DNA of 32,000 nucleotides from Mycolicibacterium smegmatis (GCF_001457595.1 NZ_LN831039.1:6900001-6932000), one strand, 5' to 3'. Counted from the stretch's first letter, positions 16,677 through 25,581 are shown. Translations and numbers: made by a program. The notes: generated by a model from the sequence alone, not told the origin.

Positions 16677-17381
16677 CTAGTCGCGACCTCTCCGCAATGA
16701 GCCCACCACCAGACGGGAGCGGGCCAGTTCCGTGGCCTGGGTCTCCGTCGCCTGATCCGTCACCCGCAGGAAGTCACGAATCTCGGCCAGCACCCGCGGG
16801 CTGCGCTTGCGGAGGCCATCGGCCAACTCGGTGATCTGTGCATCCAGCTCAGCGGCCTCGGCGACCTGGGTCACCAGCCCGAGGGCGACCGCTTCGCCGG
16901 CGTCGACACTCGCGCCGGTCGCCGTCAACCGCATGGCCTGGCGGCGGCCCACCAGCTGCGGCAGCCAGGCCAGCACCAGTACCGGGGCCAACCCGATCTC
17001 CACCTCGGGGAACGAGAACTTCGCCTCCGGTGTGGCGATGGCGAAGTCACACAGCGCCGCCAGACCCACGCCGAATCCTGCGGCATCGCCGTGCACTCGG
17101 GCGATCGACACAAGCCTGCTGTGGCGCAGCGCGTGATTCACCGCCACCAGCCGATCGACCTCACGGGGCAACTCGTCGACGGTGGCCGCGGTGCGGTCCC
17201 GGCCCGTGCAGAACTGCTCACCCATCGACGCGAGCACCAGCACTCTCGCCTCTGCAGGCGGAGCGAGGATCAGCTCGGCGAGTTCGTCGCAGGCGTCCAG
17301 GGAGAGCAACCCCTCATCGGAGACGGGAAAGGTGATCGTGAGGATGCCGTCGGTCAGTGTGTACGAGACAAGGGAAGTCAT
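16677..17381 (-). CDS. Enoyl-CoA hydratase/isomerase family protein
   Basis: 234 aa. GDAAGFGVGLAALCDFAIATPEAKFSFPEVEIGLAP. Confidence 0.88.
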   Translation of the reverse strand: MTSLVSYTLTDGILTITFPVSDEGLLSLDACDELAELILAPPAEARVLVLASMGEQFCTGRDRTAATVDELPREVDRLVAVNHALRHSRLVSIARVHGDAAGFGVGLAALCDFAIATPEAKFSFPEVEIGLAPVLVLAWLPQLVGRRQAMRLTATGASVDAGEAVALGLVTQVAEAAELDAQITELADGLRKRSPRVLAEIRDFLRVTDQATETQATELARSRLVVGSLRRGRD

Positions 17382-17383
17382 TG

Positions 17384-18886
17384 TCAGTTGAGCCTTTCCT
17401 GGCCGACACCGGCGTACCAGTCGACATCAGTGGAATCCGTTCGGATCGTCACGCTCCGAACATTGGTGAAGTCGTGGAAGGATTCCCACCCACCTTCACG
17501 GCCCTGGCCGCTCTCGCGGACACCACCCCACGGTGAGCAGGGGTCGAGGCGGTGGTGGTCGTTCACCCACACGATGCCCTGTTCGAAACGGGATGCCACT
17601 CGGTGCGCCCGCGCGACATCGCGCGTCCAGATCGACGAGCCCAGGCCGTAATCGGAATCGTTGGCAATGCGAACCGCGTCGTCCTCGTCCTCGAACGGGA
17701 TCACCACGAGCACCGGGCCGAAGATCTCCTCGCGCGCCACCCGCATGTCATTGGTGACGTTGCTGAGCACTGTGGGTTTGACGAAGAAACCGTCCATTCC
17801 GGCAACCTCGGCGGCCGCGCCGCCGGTGGCCACCGTCGCGCCCTCCTCAACCCCGATCGCGACGTAGTTCAGGATGCGCTGTCGCGCCCGTTCCGAGATC
17901 ACCGGTCCCAGTTGAGTTTCGGCCAGCGCGGGATCACCGATGCGGATCGCCTCGGCCTGCGCCACCAGCGCGTCGACGAACTGCTGATAGATGGTCGACT
18001 GCACGATCAACCGGGTCCCGGCGATGCAAGTCTGCCCGGCACCGATGAACCCACCGAAGGCGGCGCCGCGCGCGGCGACGTCGACGTCCATGTCGTCGAA
18101 CACCACGACCGGTGACTTGCCGCCGAGTTCGAGTGTGGCCTTGGCGAATCGGCGCGCGGTGGCCACCGCGATCGACCGTCCCGGTTCGGTGCCGCCGGTG
18201 AACACCGCCTTCTTGACCAGCGGATGTTCGACCAGCCGGGCACCGGCATCCGGGCCCAGGCCCGGCACCACGTTCAGCACGCCCGGCGGGATCCCGGCCT
18301 CCAGTGCCAGCTGACCGACCACCAACGCGGTGAGCGGGGTCTGCTCGGAAGGCTTGAGCACCACGCTGTTGCCGGTGGCCAGCGCCGGCGCCAGGCTCTT
18401 CGAGGCGATCATCAGCGGATGGTTGAACGACGACAGGATTCCGACCACGCCCAGCGGCATCCGGCTGGTGTAGGAGTGGTACGGGCCCGACATGGGGACC
18501 ACCGACGTCCGGTCGGCCAGCAGCAGCGCCGCGTTGTACCGGTACCACTCCGGCAACCGGGTGATCTGCGCCTTGGTCTCGGTGATCGGCCTGCCGTTGT
18601 TCAGCGTCTCAAGCCGGTACAACTCCTCCATGTTCGCTTCGAGGAGGTCGGCGAACTTGTTCATCACCTTCGCACGGTGGTGGATCGGGGCGTCCCGCCA
18701 GACACCGGATGTGAACGCCGCCTGGGCGTTCTCGACGGCAGCATCGATATCCGCGGCGTCACCGCAGTGACACCTCGCGAAAACCTGCCCGGTCGCCGGG
18801 TTGATGACGTCGAGTACCTCGCCGTGGCCGTCGACCCGCCGGCCGTTGACGAGAAGCTGCTCGACGGTGATCTGATCAGTGGTCAT
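17384..18886 (-). CDS. Aldehyde dehydrogenase family protein
   Basis: 500 aa. INPATGQVFARC, SSFNHPLMIASKSLAPALATGNSVVLKPSEQTP, ATLELGGKSPVVVFDD, GAGQTCIAGTR catalytic Cys, EEIFGPVLVV. Confidence 0.95.
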   Translation of the reverse strand: MTTDQITVEQLLVNGRRVDGHGEVLDVINPATGQVFARCHCGDAADIDAAVENAQAAFTSGVWRDAPIHHRAKVMNKFADLLEANMEELYRLETLNNGRPITETKAQITRLPEWYRYNAALLLADRTSVVPMSGPYHSYTSRMPLGVVGILSSFNHPLMIASKSLAPALATGNSVVLKPSEQTPLTALVVGQLALEAGIPPGVLNVVPGLGPDAGARLVEHPLVKKAVFTGGTEPGRSIAVATARRFAKATLELGGKSPVVVFDDMDVDVAARGAAFGGFIGAGQTCIAGTRLIVQSTIYQQFVDALVAQAEAIRIGDPALAETQLGPVISERARQRILNYVAIGVEEGATVATGGAAAEVAGMDGFFVKPTVLSNVTNDMRVAREEIFGPVLVVIPFEDEDDAVRIANDSDYGLGSSIWTRDVARAHRVASRFEQGIVWVNDHHRLDPCSPWGGVRESGQGREGGWESFHDFTNVRSVTIRTDSTDVDWYAGVGQERLN

Positions 18887-18903
18887 TGATGTGTTCCTCT
18901 TGA

Positions 18904-18940
18904 TAAAAGCCGAGTCCTACCGGGGAACTCAGGCTTCGAC
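18904..18940 (-). terminator. Hairpin with short T-run at the RidA/aldehyde dehydrogenase junction (possible attenuator)
   Basis: Minus strand reads AAGCC-T-GAGT-TCCCCGGTAGG-ACTC-GGCTT followed by TTATC. 9 bp stem with one bulge. Confidence 0.35.
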
Positions 18941-20059
18941 TCGGTAGACGATCTCCAGGGCCGCGCGGGTCCCGCCGACCGACGTGGAGGTAGTGATGGC
19001 GGCACGCTCGGTGAATGTGCTCGGCAGACCGCGGCCGAAGCCGTAGATGTCGGCCGGCGCCGGCAGGAACGCGTGCACCTTGACGGGTTCCACCGCACCG
19101 GGTTGTGCGATCGCAGCGTCGAATGCGGCCCGGACGGCGTCGCGCACCTCGAAGGGCCGGTAGCCTTCCTGGCCGATCTCGACGTCGACGACGGCGAACC
19201 GTGTGGCAGGTTGCGAAGTTCCCGCTCGGACGGCGATGACGTCGATCTCGACCTGCGCACCGCCGGTGAGCAGTTCCTCCACCCCGACGATGAGGTACGG
19301 CGGCGGGTTGCCGTCGAACTTTTCTCGCCACAGTTCGTCGAACAGCGGGGCGTCGGCCATGTTCTTCAGGAAGACATGCACACGGACGGTGTTGTCCCAG
19401 TCGCTGCCGGCGTCGCTCAGCAGTGTCTCGCAGATGCCGATCGTGAACTCGGCCTGGGCGGTCAGTGCCGACACATGATGCGGAAAGTGCGGGCTCACGG
19501 TGGCCGCCGGGGCCAGGCCGGTGTCTCCGAACTCGGTGGGCAACTGCCCGGCGAGGAACAGCCAGTCCCCCGCCGCGACACACGGGGTGTAGTTGGCCAG
19601 CGGCTTGGGCAGCGTCGGGCTGTCGACGTGGGTCACGGTCACCCCGTCGGCGGCGGCGATGACGTCGACGACCACCAGGGCTCCTGGTACCGGCATCTCC
19701 TCCGCGCCGACACCGACTGTCGTACGTGGTGGCGGAACCGGGAAGAACCGCTTCCACACCTGATCGAAGGCGTCGAACAGGCGACAGTCCGCGATGAAAA
19801 CCTGTGTCTTGACCACTTTTTCAAGGCTGGTGCCGGCCTCGGCCAGGAGCTGTTGCAGCTTCTCCAGCAGGTAGGTGGTCTGCTTCTGGATGTCGGCCCC
19901 GTAATAGGGGAACTCAGGTGAGACCGCCGCCTGCGGTGGGATGCCGACACCCGGGTCTGCAGCGCTCAGCCCGGATACGAACACCAATCCGTCGGTGACC
20001 ACCACTCGCGCGTCGAGCAGCGCTTCGACGCTCTGAGCTCCAGTCTGTTTGTTGGACAC
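18929..20059 (-). CDS. Multi-domain RidA (YjgF/YER057c/UK114) family protein
   Basis: ORF 18929..20260, likely GTG start at 20059 (SNKQTGAQSVEALLDARVVVTDGLVFVSGLSA). Module 1 has PPPRTTVGVGAEEMPVPGALVVVDVIAA. Module 2 has PPPYLIVGVEELLTGGAQVEIDVIAV. The C-terminal segment has ERAAITTSTSVGGTRAALEIVYRV. Confidence 0.85.
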   Translation of the reverse strand: MSNKQTGAQSVEALLDARVVVTDGLVFVSGLSAADPGVGIPPQAAVSPEFPYYGADIQKQTTYLLEKLQQLLAEAGTSLEKVVKTQVFIADCRLFDAFDQVWKRFFPVPPPRTTVGVGAEEMPVPGALVVVDVIAAADGVTVTHVDSPTLPKPLANYTPCVAAGDWLFLAGQLPTEFGDTGLAPAATVSPHFPHHVSALTAQAEFTIGICETLLSDAGSDWDNTVRVHVFLKNMADAPLFDELWREKFDGNPPPYLIVGVEELLTGGAQVEIDVIAVRAGTSQPATRFAVVDVEIGQEGYRPFEVRDAVRAAFDAAIAQPGAVEPVKVHAFLPAPADIYGFGRGLPSTFTERAAITTSTSVGGTRAALEIVYRVEA

Positions 20060-20075
20060 GATAACTCGCCTCTCC

Positions 20076-20093
20076 GGCGGGTGTTCTCCCGCC
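20076..20093 (-). other. Short GC-rich inverted repeat GGCGGG-N6-CCCGCC between the LivF-like and RidA genes
   Basis: Perfect 6-bp arms, located between the LivF-like stop (20151) and the RidA start (20059). Confidence 0.3.
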
Positions 20094-20150
20094 CGATCGT
20101 TGTTCTGCGATTGATACGGCCCTCGGTCTGGCCGTGAGGTTCTACGGGAT

Positions 20151-20873
20151 TCAGTGGCTGCCTTCGACGCCGAAGAAGAGCTTGCGCAGCCCCTCGTCTT
20201 CGAGGACGGCCGCCACTTCCTGCTCGGGGCTGATCCGTCCGCCCTGCATGATGTGCACACGGTCGCAGTGCGGCAGGATGACGGCGGGATTCTCTTCGAC
20301 GACCCACAGCACGCCGACGCCGTCGCTGGTCACTCCGGCGATGCTCGCGATGAGTTCTCCGACGATGGATGGCGCGAGACCGGTGGTGGGTTCGTCGAGC
20401 GCCAGAAACTTCGGATCCGACGCCAGTGCGCCGGCCACCGCGAGCATCTGACGTTCGCCGCCGGACAGTGTCGAGGCGCTGCTGTCCCGCCGTTTCCCCA
20501 GAGACGGGAAGCGGTCGAAAGCGAGGTCGATACCCGCGCTGACCTTGGAGCGTCCGAGTGGCATCAGTGCCACCCGGATGTTCTCCAGGACAGTGAGGTT
20601 GGGGAAGGTGTTGCCGCCCTGCGGGACATAGGCCATGCCGCGGCGCACCATCTGCGCGGTCGGTACGTTGACGAGCCCTTCGCCCAGGAGCGAGATCTCC
20701 CCGGACATCGGCTCCACCAGACGGAAGATCGACTTCAGCAGCGTCGACTTACCTGCCCCGTTGGGCCCCACCAGCGCGACCGTCTCGTTTCCTCGGACCT
20801 GGATCGAAACATCGTGGATGACAGGAAGTTTGCCGTACCCGGCGGTGACGCCGCGAACGTCCAGAAGGGTCAT
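20151..20873 (-). CDS. ABC transporter ATP-binding protein, branched-chain amino acid (LivF) type
   Basis: 240 aa. LLDVRGVTAGYGKLPVIHDVSIQV, GPNGAGKST, LSGGERQML, FLALDEPTTGLAP. Confidence 0.92.
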   Translation of the reverse strand: MTLLDVRGVTAGYGKLPVIHDVSIQVRGNETVALVGPNGAGKSTLLKSIFRLVEPMSGEISLLGEGLVNVPTAQMVRRGMAYVPQGGNTFPNLTVLENIRVALMPLGRSKVSAGIDLAFDRFPSLGKRRDSSASTLSGGERQMLAVAGALASDPKFLALDEPTTGLAPSIVGELIASIAGVTSDGVGVLWVVEENPAVILPHCDRVHIMQGGRISPEQEVAAVLEDEGLRKLFFGVEGSH

Positions 20874-21649
20874 TGTGCGCTCCCGAGGTAGATTTCCGCG
20901 ACGGTGGGGTGCACGGCGATCTCGTCGGGTGTGCCCGATGCCACCACCCGACCTTCGGCCATCACGTACACGTAGTCGGACACCGCGAACACGAACTGGA
21001 TGTTGTGGTCGATGATCAACAGCGTGATACCCCGGTCGCGCAGGCTGGTGACCTGTTCGGTCAGTCGGCCGATGCCCGCAGGTGCGACCCCGGCGGCGGG
21101 TTCGTCCAGCAACACCATCCGCGGCTGCACCATGAGCAGACGAGCGAAGTCGACCAGCTTGGTCTGTCCTGCCGTGAGGTCTTCAAGCCGCTGATCCTTG
21201 ACGTCGGTGAGCCCGAGCTCCTCCAGAAGAACGGCGGCACGTTCGGCAGTCTGCTGTTCCATCTCCACCCATTGCCGTCGACCGAACAGCGCCCGCCACG
21301 GTGACTCCGACCGGTCCGCGCCGGCGGTCATCAGGTTCTCCCAGACCGACAGCAACGGGAACCCGACGGGTGTCTGGAAGGAGCGGACCATTCCCCGCCG
21401 TGCGATCTTCCACGCCGCCTCGCGTTCGATGCGGTCGCCGAACAGTTCGACTTCGCCGGTGTCGGCCTGGTCGAAACCGGTCAGGACGTTGAACAGACTG
21501 GTTTTCCCGGCACCGTTCGGGCCGATGATCGCCGTGATGCTACCTTTCGGCGCCTCAAGCGAAACCCCGTCGACCGCACGGATTCCGCCGAACGACTTGC
21601 TGACATCTGATGCGCGGAACGCGACCTCCATCGCGATACCGGTGCTCAT
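20870..21649 (-). CDS. ABC transporter ATP-binding protein, branched-chain amino acid (LivG) type
   Basis: 259 aa. VSKSFGGIRAVDGVSLEAPKGSITAIIGPNGAGKTSLFNVLTGF, MVLLDEPAAGVAP. Confidence 0.93.
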   Translation of the reverse strand: MSTGIAMEVAFRASDVSKSFGGIRAVDGVSLEAPKGSITAIIGPNGAGKTSLFNVLTGFDQADTGEVELFGDRIEREAAWKIARRGMVRSFQTPVGFPLLSVWENLMTAGADRSESPWRALFGRRQWVEMEQQTAERAAVLLEELGLTDVKDQRLEDLTAGQTKLVDFARLLMVQPRMVLLDEPAAGVAPAGIGRLTEQVTSLRDRGITLLIIDHNIQFVFAVSDYVYVMAEGRVVASGTPDEIAVHPTVAEIYLGSAQ

Positions 21650-22620
21650 TTGGCAGCCTCCTTCTTCCTCGAGCCCGGCAACAGGTCCCGCTCACTGAAC
21701 TGGAACGCGGATCGCTCGCTCATCAACCCTTCCGGGCGGAAACGCAGTACGAGGACCAGCAGAACGCCCAGGATCACGGGACGCGTGGCAGCGAGCATCT
21801 GTGCATATTCGGCGGATCCCTGCAGGAAGGTGAGCATCTCGGTGCAGACGATCAACAGCGCTGCGCCGATCACCGGCCCCTTCCGGCTGGCGATGCCACC
21901 GATCACAAGCGCTGTCCACACCACGAAGGTCAGTTCGGAGACGAACAGCGACGGGACCACGCTGCGGACGTGCCAGAGGTACAGGGGCGTGATCAGCCCG
22001 ATCAGTGCCCCGGCGAGCACGTAGGTGATGAGGCGGTACCGCACGATGTTCTTACCGAGCGAGCGCGCCACGGCTTCGTTGTCGCGGCTGGCACGCAGCA
22101 ACCGCACGTACGGTGTCTTGGCGAGCCGGTTGGTCAGCAGGTAGATCACCAACGCGACAGCCACCGCCAGGGCGAGCAGCACCCAGCGGTACTCCGAGGC
22201 CGGGACCAGATCGCGGAACGGCCGGTCGATCGAGGAGAAGCCTGTGGTGCCGCGGGTGAGCCGCGACTCGCTGATGGTGAGCTGATGGATCACCTCGGCG
22301 AACGCGAGCGTGGTGATCAGAAAGTACTCGCCGCGCAACCGGATCGAGGGCAGCGCCACGATGAACGCGGCCACCGCCGTCACCAGGACGGCACCGACGA
22401 TGCCGACCGCCATCGGCCATCCCGGGGTGAACACCAGCCCGGTGTCCACGCGGGTCTGCGTCAGGATGATGTAGGTGTAGGCCGCCACCGCCACCAGCCC
22501 GGCGACGCCGAGATCCCACATACCGGCCCAGCCGGCAACCAGATTGAGCACCATCGCCAGTGCGGCGTAGATCGCGGCGAGGGTCAGGACGCCGACGAGG
22601 AACACGAGGAGGGATTGCAT
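21646..22620 (-). CDS. ABC transporter permease, LivM type
   Basis: In-frame ATG at 22620 within ORF 21646..22923: MQSLLVFLVGVLTLAAIYAALAMVLNLVAGWAGMWDLG. Start overlaps the LivH stop (TAATG). Confidence 0.9.
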   Translation of the reverse strand: MQSLLVFLVGVLTLAAIYAALAMVLNLVAGWAGMWDLGVAGLVAVAAYTYIILTQTRVDTGLVFTPGWPMAVGIVGAVLVTAVAAFIVALPSIRLRGEYFLITTLAFAEVIHQLTISESRLTRGTTGFSSIDRPFRDLVPASEYRWVLLALAVAVALVIYLLTNRLAKTPYVRLLRASRDNEAVARSLGKNIVRYRLITYVLAGALIGLITPLYLWHVRSVVPSLFVSELTFVVWTALVIGGIASRKGPVIGAALLIVCTEMLTFLQGSAEYAQMLAATRPVILGVLLVLVLRFRPEGLMSERSAFQFSERDLLPGSRKKEAAK

Positions 22621-23483
22621 TACGCAGCCTGCTTTCTCTGCCGGACGCTGAACAGCCCGCTGGGCCTGACCAGCAGGACGATGATCAGCGCCACGAACGC
22701 GACGACCGTGCGGTACTCGGTGGGGATGACCAGTGCGCTCAGGTCCATGGCCAGGCCGAGAAGCAGGCTGGCCATGATCACTCCGTAGGTGCTGCCGAGC
22801 CCACCGAGCACAGCCGCGGCGAGAATGAGAAGAATGTTCTGCCAACCCAGTTCGGGGCCGACCGAACCGATGATGCCGATCATCACACCCGCGAGCCCGG
22901 CGAGGAACCCGGCGATGAACCACACCTGGTAGGACACGAACCGTGTCGAAATCCCGCGCACCCGAGCCAGATCGGGGTTGCCGGCCGCGGCACGTATCGA
23001 GATCCCCGCGGGGGTCTTCGTCAGGAACAAATGCAACGCGAGAATCGACACCGCGGAGGTCACGATGATCGCGACCTCACCGAACGAGATCTGCACTCCC
23101 ATCACGGAGTAGCTGCTCCCGAAGGTCACCTCGTAGTGCTGCAGGTTGGCTCCGAAGGTCATCACCAGCAGGCCATAGATGATGTAGGCGACACCGACAG
23201 AAGAGAACAGCTGGACCAGCACACCCTTCTGCCGGATCGGCTCGAACACAACCACCGACAGGATCACCGCCGCGACACCGGTGGCGATGGCGGCGAAAAG
23301 GGCTGCGGCCCAGGTTGGCACGCCCCAGTCCCGGGAGGCCATCAGTCCGAGGAAGGCCGCCAGCGCCAGGAACTGTCCGTGTGCGATGTTGAGGAATCCC
23401 TCGGTCTGGCGCACCATCGAGAAGCCGACGGTGGCCATCGCAAGGATGCTTCCGGTCACGAGACCGAAAATCACGTACTGCAC
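22620..23483 (-). CDS. ABC transporter permease, LivH type
   Basis: GTG start at 23483 preceded by GAAAGGG. VQYVIFGLVTGSILAMATVGFSMVRQTEGFLNIAHGQFLALAAF. Confidence 0.9.
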   Translation of the reverse strand: MQYVIFGLVTGSILAMATVGFSMVRQTEGFLNIAHGQFLALAAFLGLMASRDWGVPTWAAALFAAIATGVAAVILSVVVFEPIRQKGVLVQLFSSVGVAYIIYGLLVMTFGANLQHYEVTFGSSYSVMGVQISFGEVAIIVTSAVSILALHLFLTKTPAGISIRAAAGNPDLARVRGISTRFVSYQVWFIAGFLAGLAGVMIGIIGSVGPELGWQNILLILAAAVLGGLGSTYGVIMASLLLGLAMDLSALVIPTEYRTVVAFVALIIVLLVRPSGLFSVRQRKQAA

Positions 23484-23520
23484 TGCAACACCCTTTCGAG
23501 GTTTGCCGACGTTGTGGATA

Positions 23521-23551
23521 CCGGCGGTCACCGACGACCGGTGACCGCCGG
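23521..23551. other. Perfect 13-bp inverted repeat (hairpin) between the LivK- and LivH-like genes
   Basis: CCGGCGGTCACCG-ACGAC-CGGTGACCGCCGG read directly. Lies 8 nt past the LivK stop. No T-run follows. Confidence 0.85.
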
Positions 23552-23558
23552 GGCGACA

Positions 23559-24815
23559 TCAGTCGCCGACGAGCTTGCGCAGCGCGGGATCGAGTTCGAT
23601 CACGTCGACCTGGGTCCAGGCGCGGTCGATGATGAACTGCTCACCGAACAGCGGTGCGGCCAGGTTGTTGTGCTCGTTGAGGTCCAGGCTGCCCGAAGCA
23701 CCGTGGTAGTTGATCTCGTTGCCGGCTTCGAGTTCCTTGAGGCCGTCGGTGTAGGAGTAGACCTCCACACCGCCCGAGTTGAGAACTTGGGGAATCGCCT
23801 CGGCGATGGCGGCACCGTCGGTGCTCTGTGCCTTGGTGATCGCCAGGGCCAGCGCGATGTACTGGTCGTACTGGTTGGCGTCGTAGACACCGGCAGCCGG
23901 CGGATTCCCGGTCTTGGCCTGGAACTTGTCCGCGAACACCTTGTAGGCCGGCGACTCGGTGTCGTACGCGGCGATGGCTCCCACCGCGACGCCGTTCTCC
24001 AGATCGGGCATGAGTGCCGAGATCGGCGGCGTCACGAGATCCGGTGACACGAAGAACTTTCCGCCGTAGCCGCGTCGCTGCCACTCACGGAAGATGACCG
24101 ATGCGGCCTCGTGGCCGGCGGCCAGGTACACGGCCTCGGGCTTGGCGTCGAAGGCCTGCGCCAGTTCGGCCTGGTAGGAGGACCGACCGGGATTGAACCG
24201 AACGTCGGCGACCACCTCTCCCCCGGCTCCCTCGACGAAGACCTTCTTGAAGATGTCGGCGGGTTCGGACATGCCCTCGGTGTTCTGCGCCATGACGGCC
24301 ACACGTTTGATGTTCTCGTCGCGGGCGAACTGCGCGGCGATCGTGCCACCGTCACTGTCGGATCCGGTGAGACGGAACATGAACTCGCCGGCACCGGTGT
24401 CCAGTTCCGGGGTGCCGCAACCGGGGCAGAAGACGGGGATCTCGAGCTCGTTGGCGCTGTCCAGAATGGCCAGACCACCCGTGGATTCCACGCCGCCGAC
24501 TGCGACGACGTTCTCGACGTCGACCAGGCGGGAGAAGCCCTGCACGGCACCCTCGACGGTGGAGAGATTGTCGGCGCTGACCAACTCCACCTTCTTGCCC
24601 AGGACGCCGCCGGCCTCGTTGATCTCGTCGATGGCGATGGTCACCGCGGCCTGGGAGGGCTCGTAGTAGGACGAGTAGTCGCCGGTGATGCCGTTGAGCC
24701 AGCCGAACTTGATCACGTCACCGTCGGCGGCGTCACCTCCTCCCCCACCGCTACAGGCCGTCAGAAGCATTGCGGCGCTGGCAACTACGCCGATAGCACC
24801 TTTCCGTTTGAGCAT
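23559..24815 (-). CDS. ABC transporter substrate-binding lipoprotein, Leu/Ile/Val-binding (LivK) type
   Basis: Start at 24815: MLKRKGAIGVVASAAMLLTACSGGG lipobox, IKFGWLNGITGDYSSYYEPSQAAVTIAIDEINEAGGVLGKKVELVSAD. Confidence 0.92.
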   Translation of the reverse strand: MLKRKGAIGVVASAAMLLTACSGGGGGDAADGDVIKFGWLNGITGDYSSYYEPSQAAVTIAIDEINEAGGVLGKKVELVSADNLSTVEGAVQGFSRLVDVENVVAVGGVESTGGLAILDSANELEIPVFCPGCGTPELDTGAGEFMFRLTGSDSDGGTIAAQFARDENIKRVAVMAQNTEGMSEPADIFKKVFVEGAGGEVVADVRFNPGRSSYQAELAQAFDAKPEAVYLAAGHEAASVIFREWQRRGYGGKFFVSPDLVTPPISALMPDLENGVAVGAIAAYDTESPAYKVFADKFQAKTGNPPAAGVYDANQYDQYIALALAITKAQSTDGAAIAEAIPQVLNSGGVEVYSYTDGLKELEAGNEINYHGASGSLDLNEHNNLAAPLFGEQFIIDRAWTQVDVIELDPALRKLVGD

Positions 24816-24922
24816 CGCTCTTCCTTTCTTGGACATGCGCCACTGCACCGACGACATCTACGGCGTGTGCAGACGGTGTGGAGTGAACAGATGGAAATGT
24901 CGCTCTACATCAGAGCGGGGTC

Positions 24923-25567
24923 CTACGCGCGATCATCTTTGGCCAGGAGGTATCGGACGATGAACTCGTGTGATGTCTCGAGATGAGTGCGGGTAAGTTC
25001 GTTGAGCCGCTGGCCGTCACCGGCTTTGGCGGCATCCAGGATCGCCGTGTGCTCTTCCTGCAGGTGCTCGACGTTCCCGATGACGGCGAGGTGCAGGTAG
25101 AGATAGCGGTCGGTGAGTTTGCGTAGCTGGTCGACGTGCGCGGCGGTCATGGGCCGGTTGGCGCGGTGATAGATGGCGGCGTGGAAACTCGCATTGGCTT
25201 CCAGCCATTCGACGAGATCGGTGGTATTCGACATGATTTCGAACTGCCGGGTCATCTCGATGATGTCCGCCCTGCCCACCTGCGAGGCCGCCATCTGGGT
25301 GAGGTAGGGCTCGACCGCCATCCTCATCTCATACAGCTCCTGCAGTTCCAGGATGGACAGCTCCCTCGAATAGGGCACGCCGTCAACCATGACGACCAGG
25401 CCCTCGGCCACGAGGGTCTGCATGGCGTCACGCACCGGGATGCGGCTGACACCGAATTGATCGGCGAGCTTCGAGTACGAGAGCCGTACACCCGCGCCGA
25501 TCTCACCGGTGAGCAGTGCCTGCCGAAGGCTATTCACCACTGCGTTTCCCACTGCTGCTGTCGCCAC
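24923..25567 (-). CDS. GntR family transcriptional regulator, FCD (FadR C-terminal) subfamily
   Basis: 214 aa. LRQALLTGEIGAGVRLSYSKLADQFGVSRIPVRDAMQTLVAEGLV HTH. ELYEMRMAVEPYLTQMAA FCD domain. Confidence 0.93.
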   Translation of the reverse strand: MATAAVGNAVVNSLRQALLTGEIGAGVRLSYSKLADQFGVSRIPVRDAMQTLVAEGLVVMVDGVPYSRELSILELQELYEMRMAVEPYLTQMAASQVGRADIIEMTRQFEIMSNTTDLVEWLEANASFHAAIYHRANRPMTAAHVDQLRKLTDRYLYLHLAVIGNVEHLQEEHTAILDAAKAGDGQRLNELTRTHLETSHEFIVRYLLAKDDRA

Positions 25568-25581
25568 TAGATCCTTCCCTC

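Noticed and set aside
21610-24047. Long plus-strand ORFs (392 aa at 21610..22788 and 495 aa at 22560..24047) opposite LivM/LivH/LivK
   Set aside because: Antisense shadows of well-supported transporter genes, rich in His/Arg/Asp/Gly with no domain pattern.
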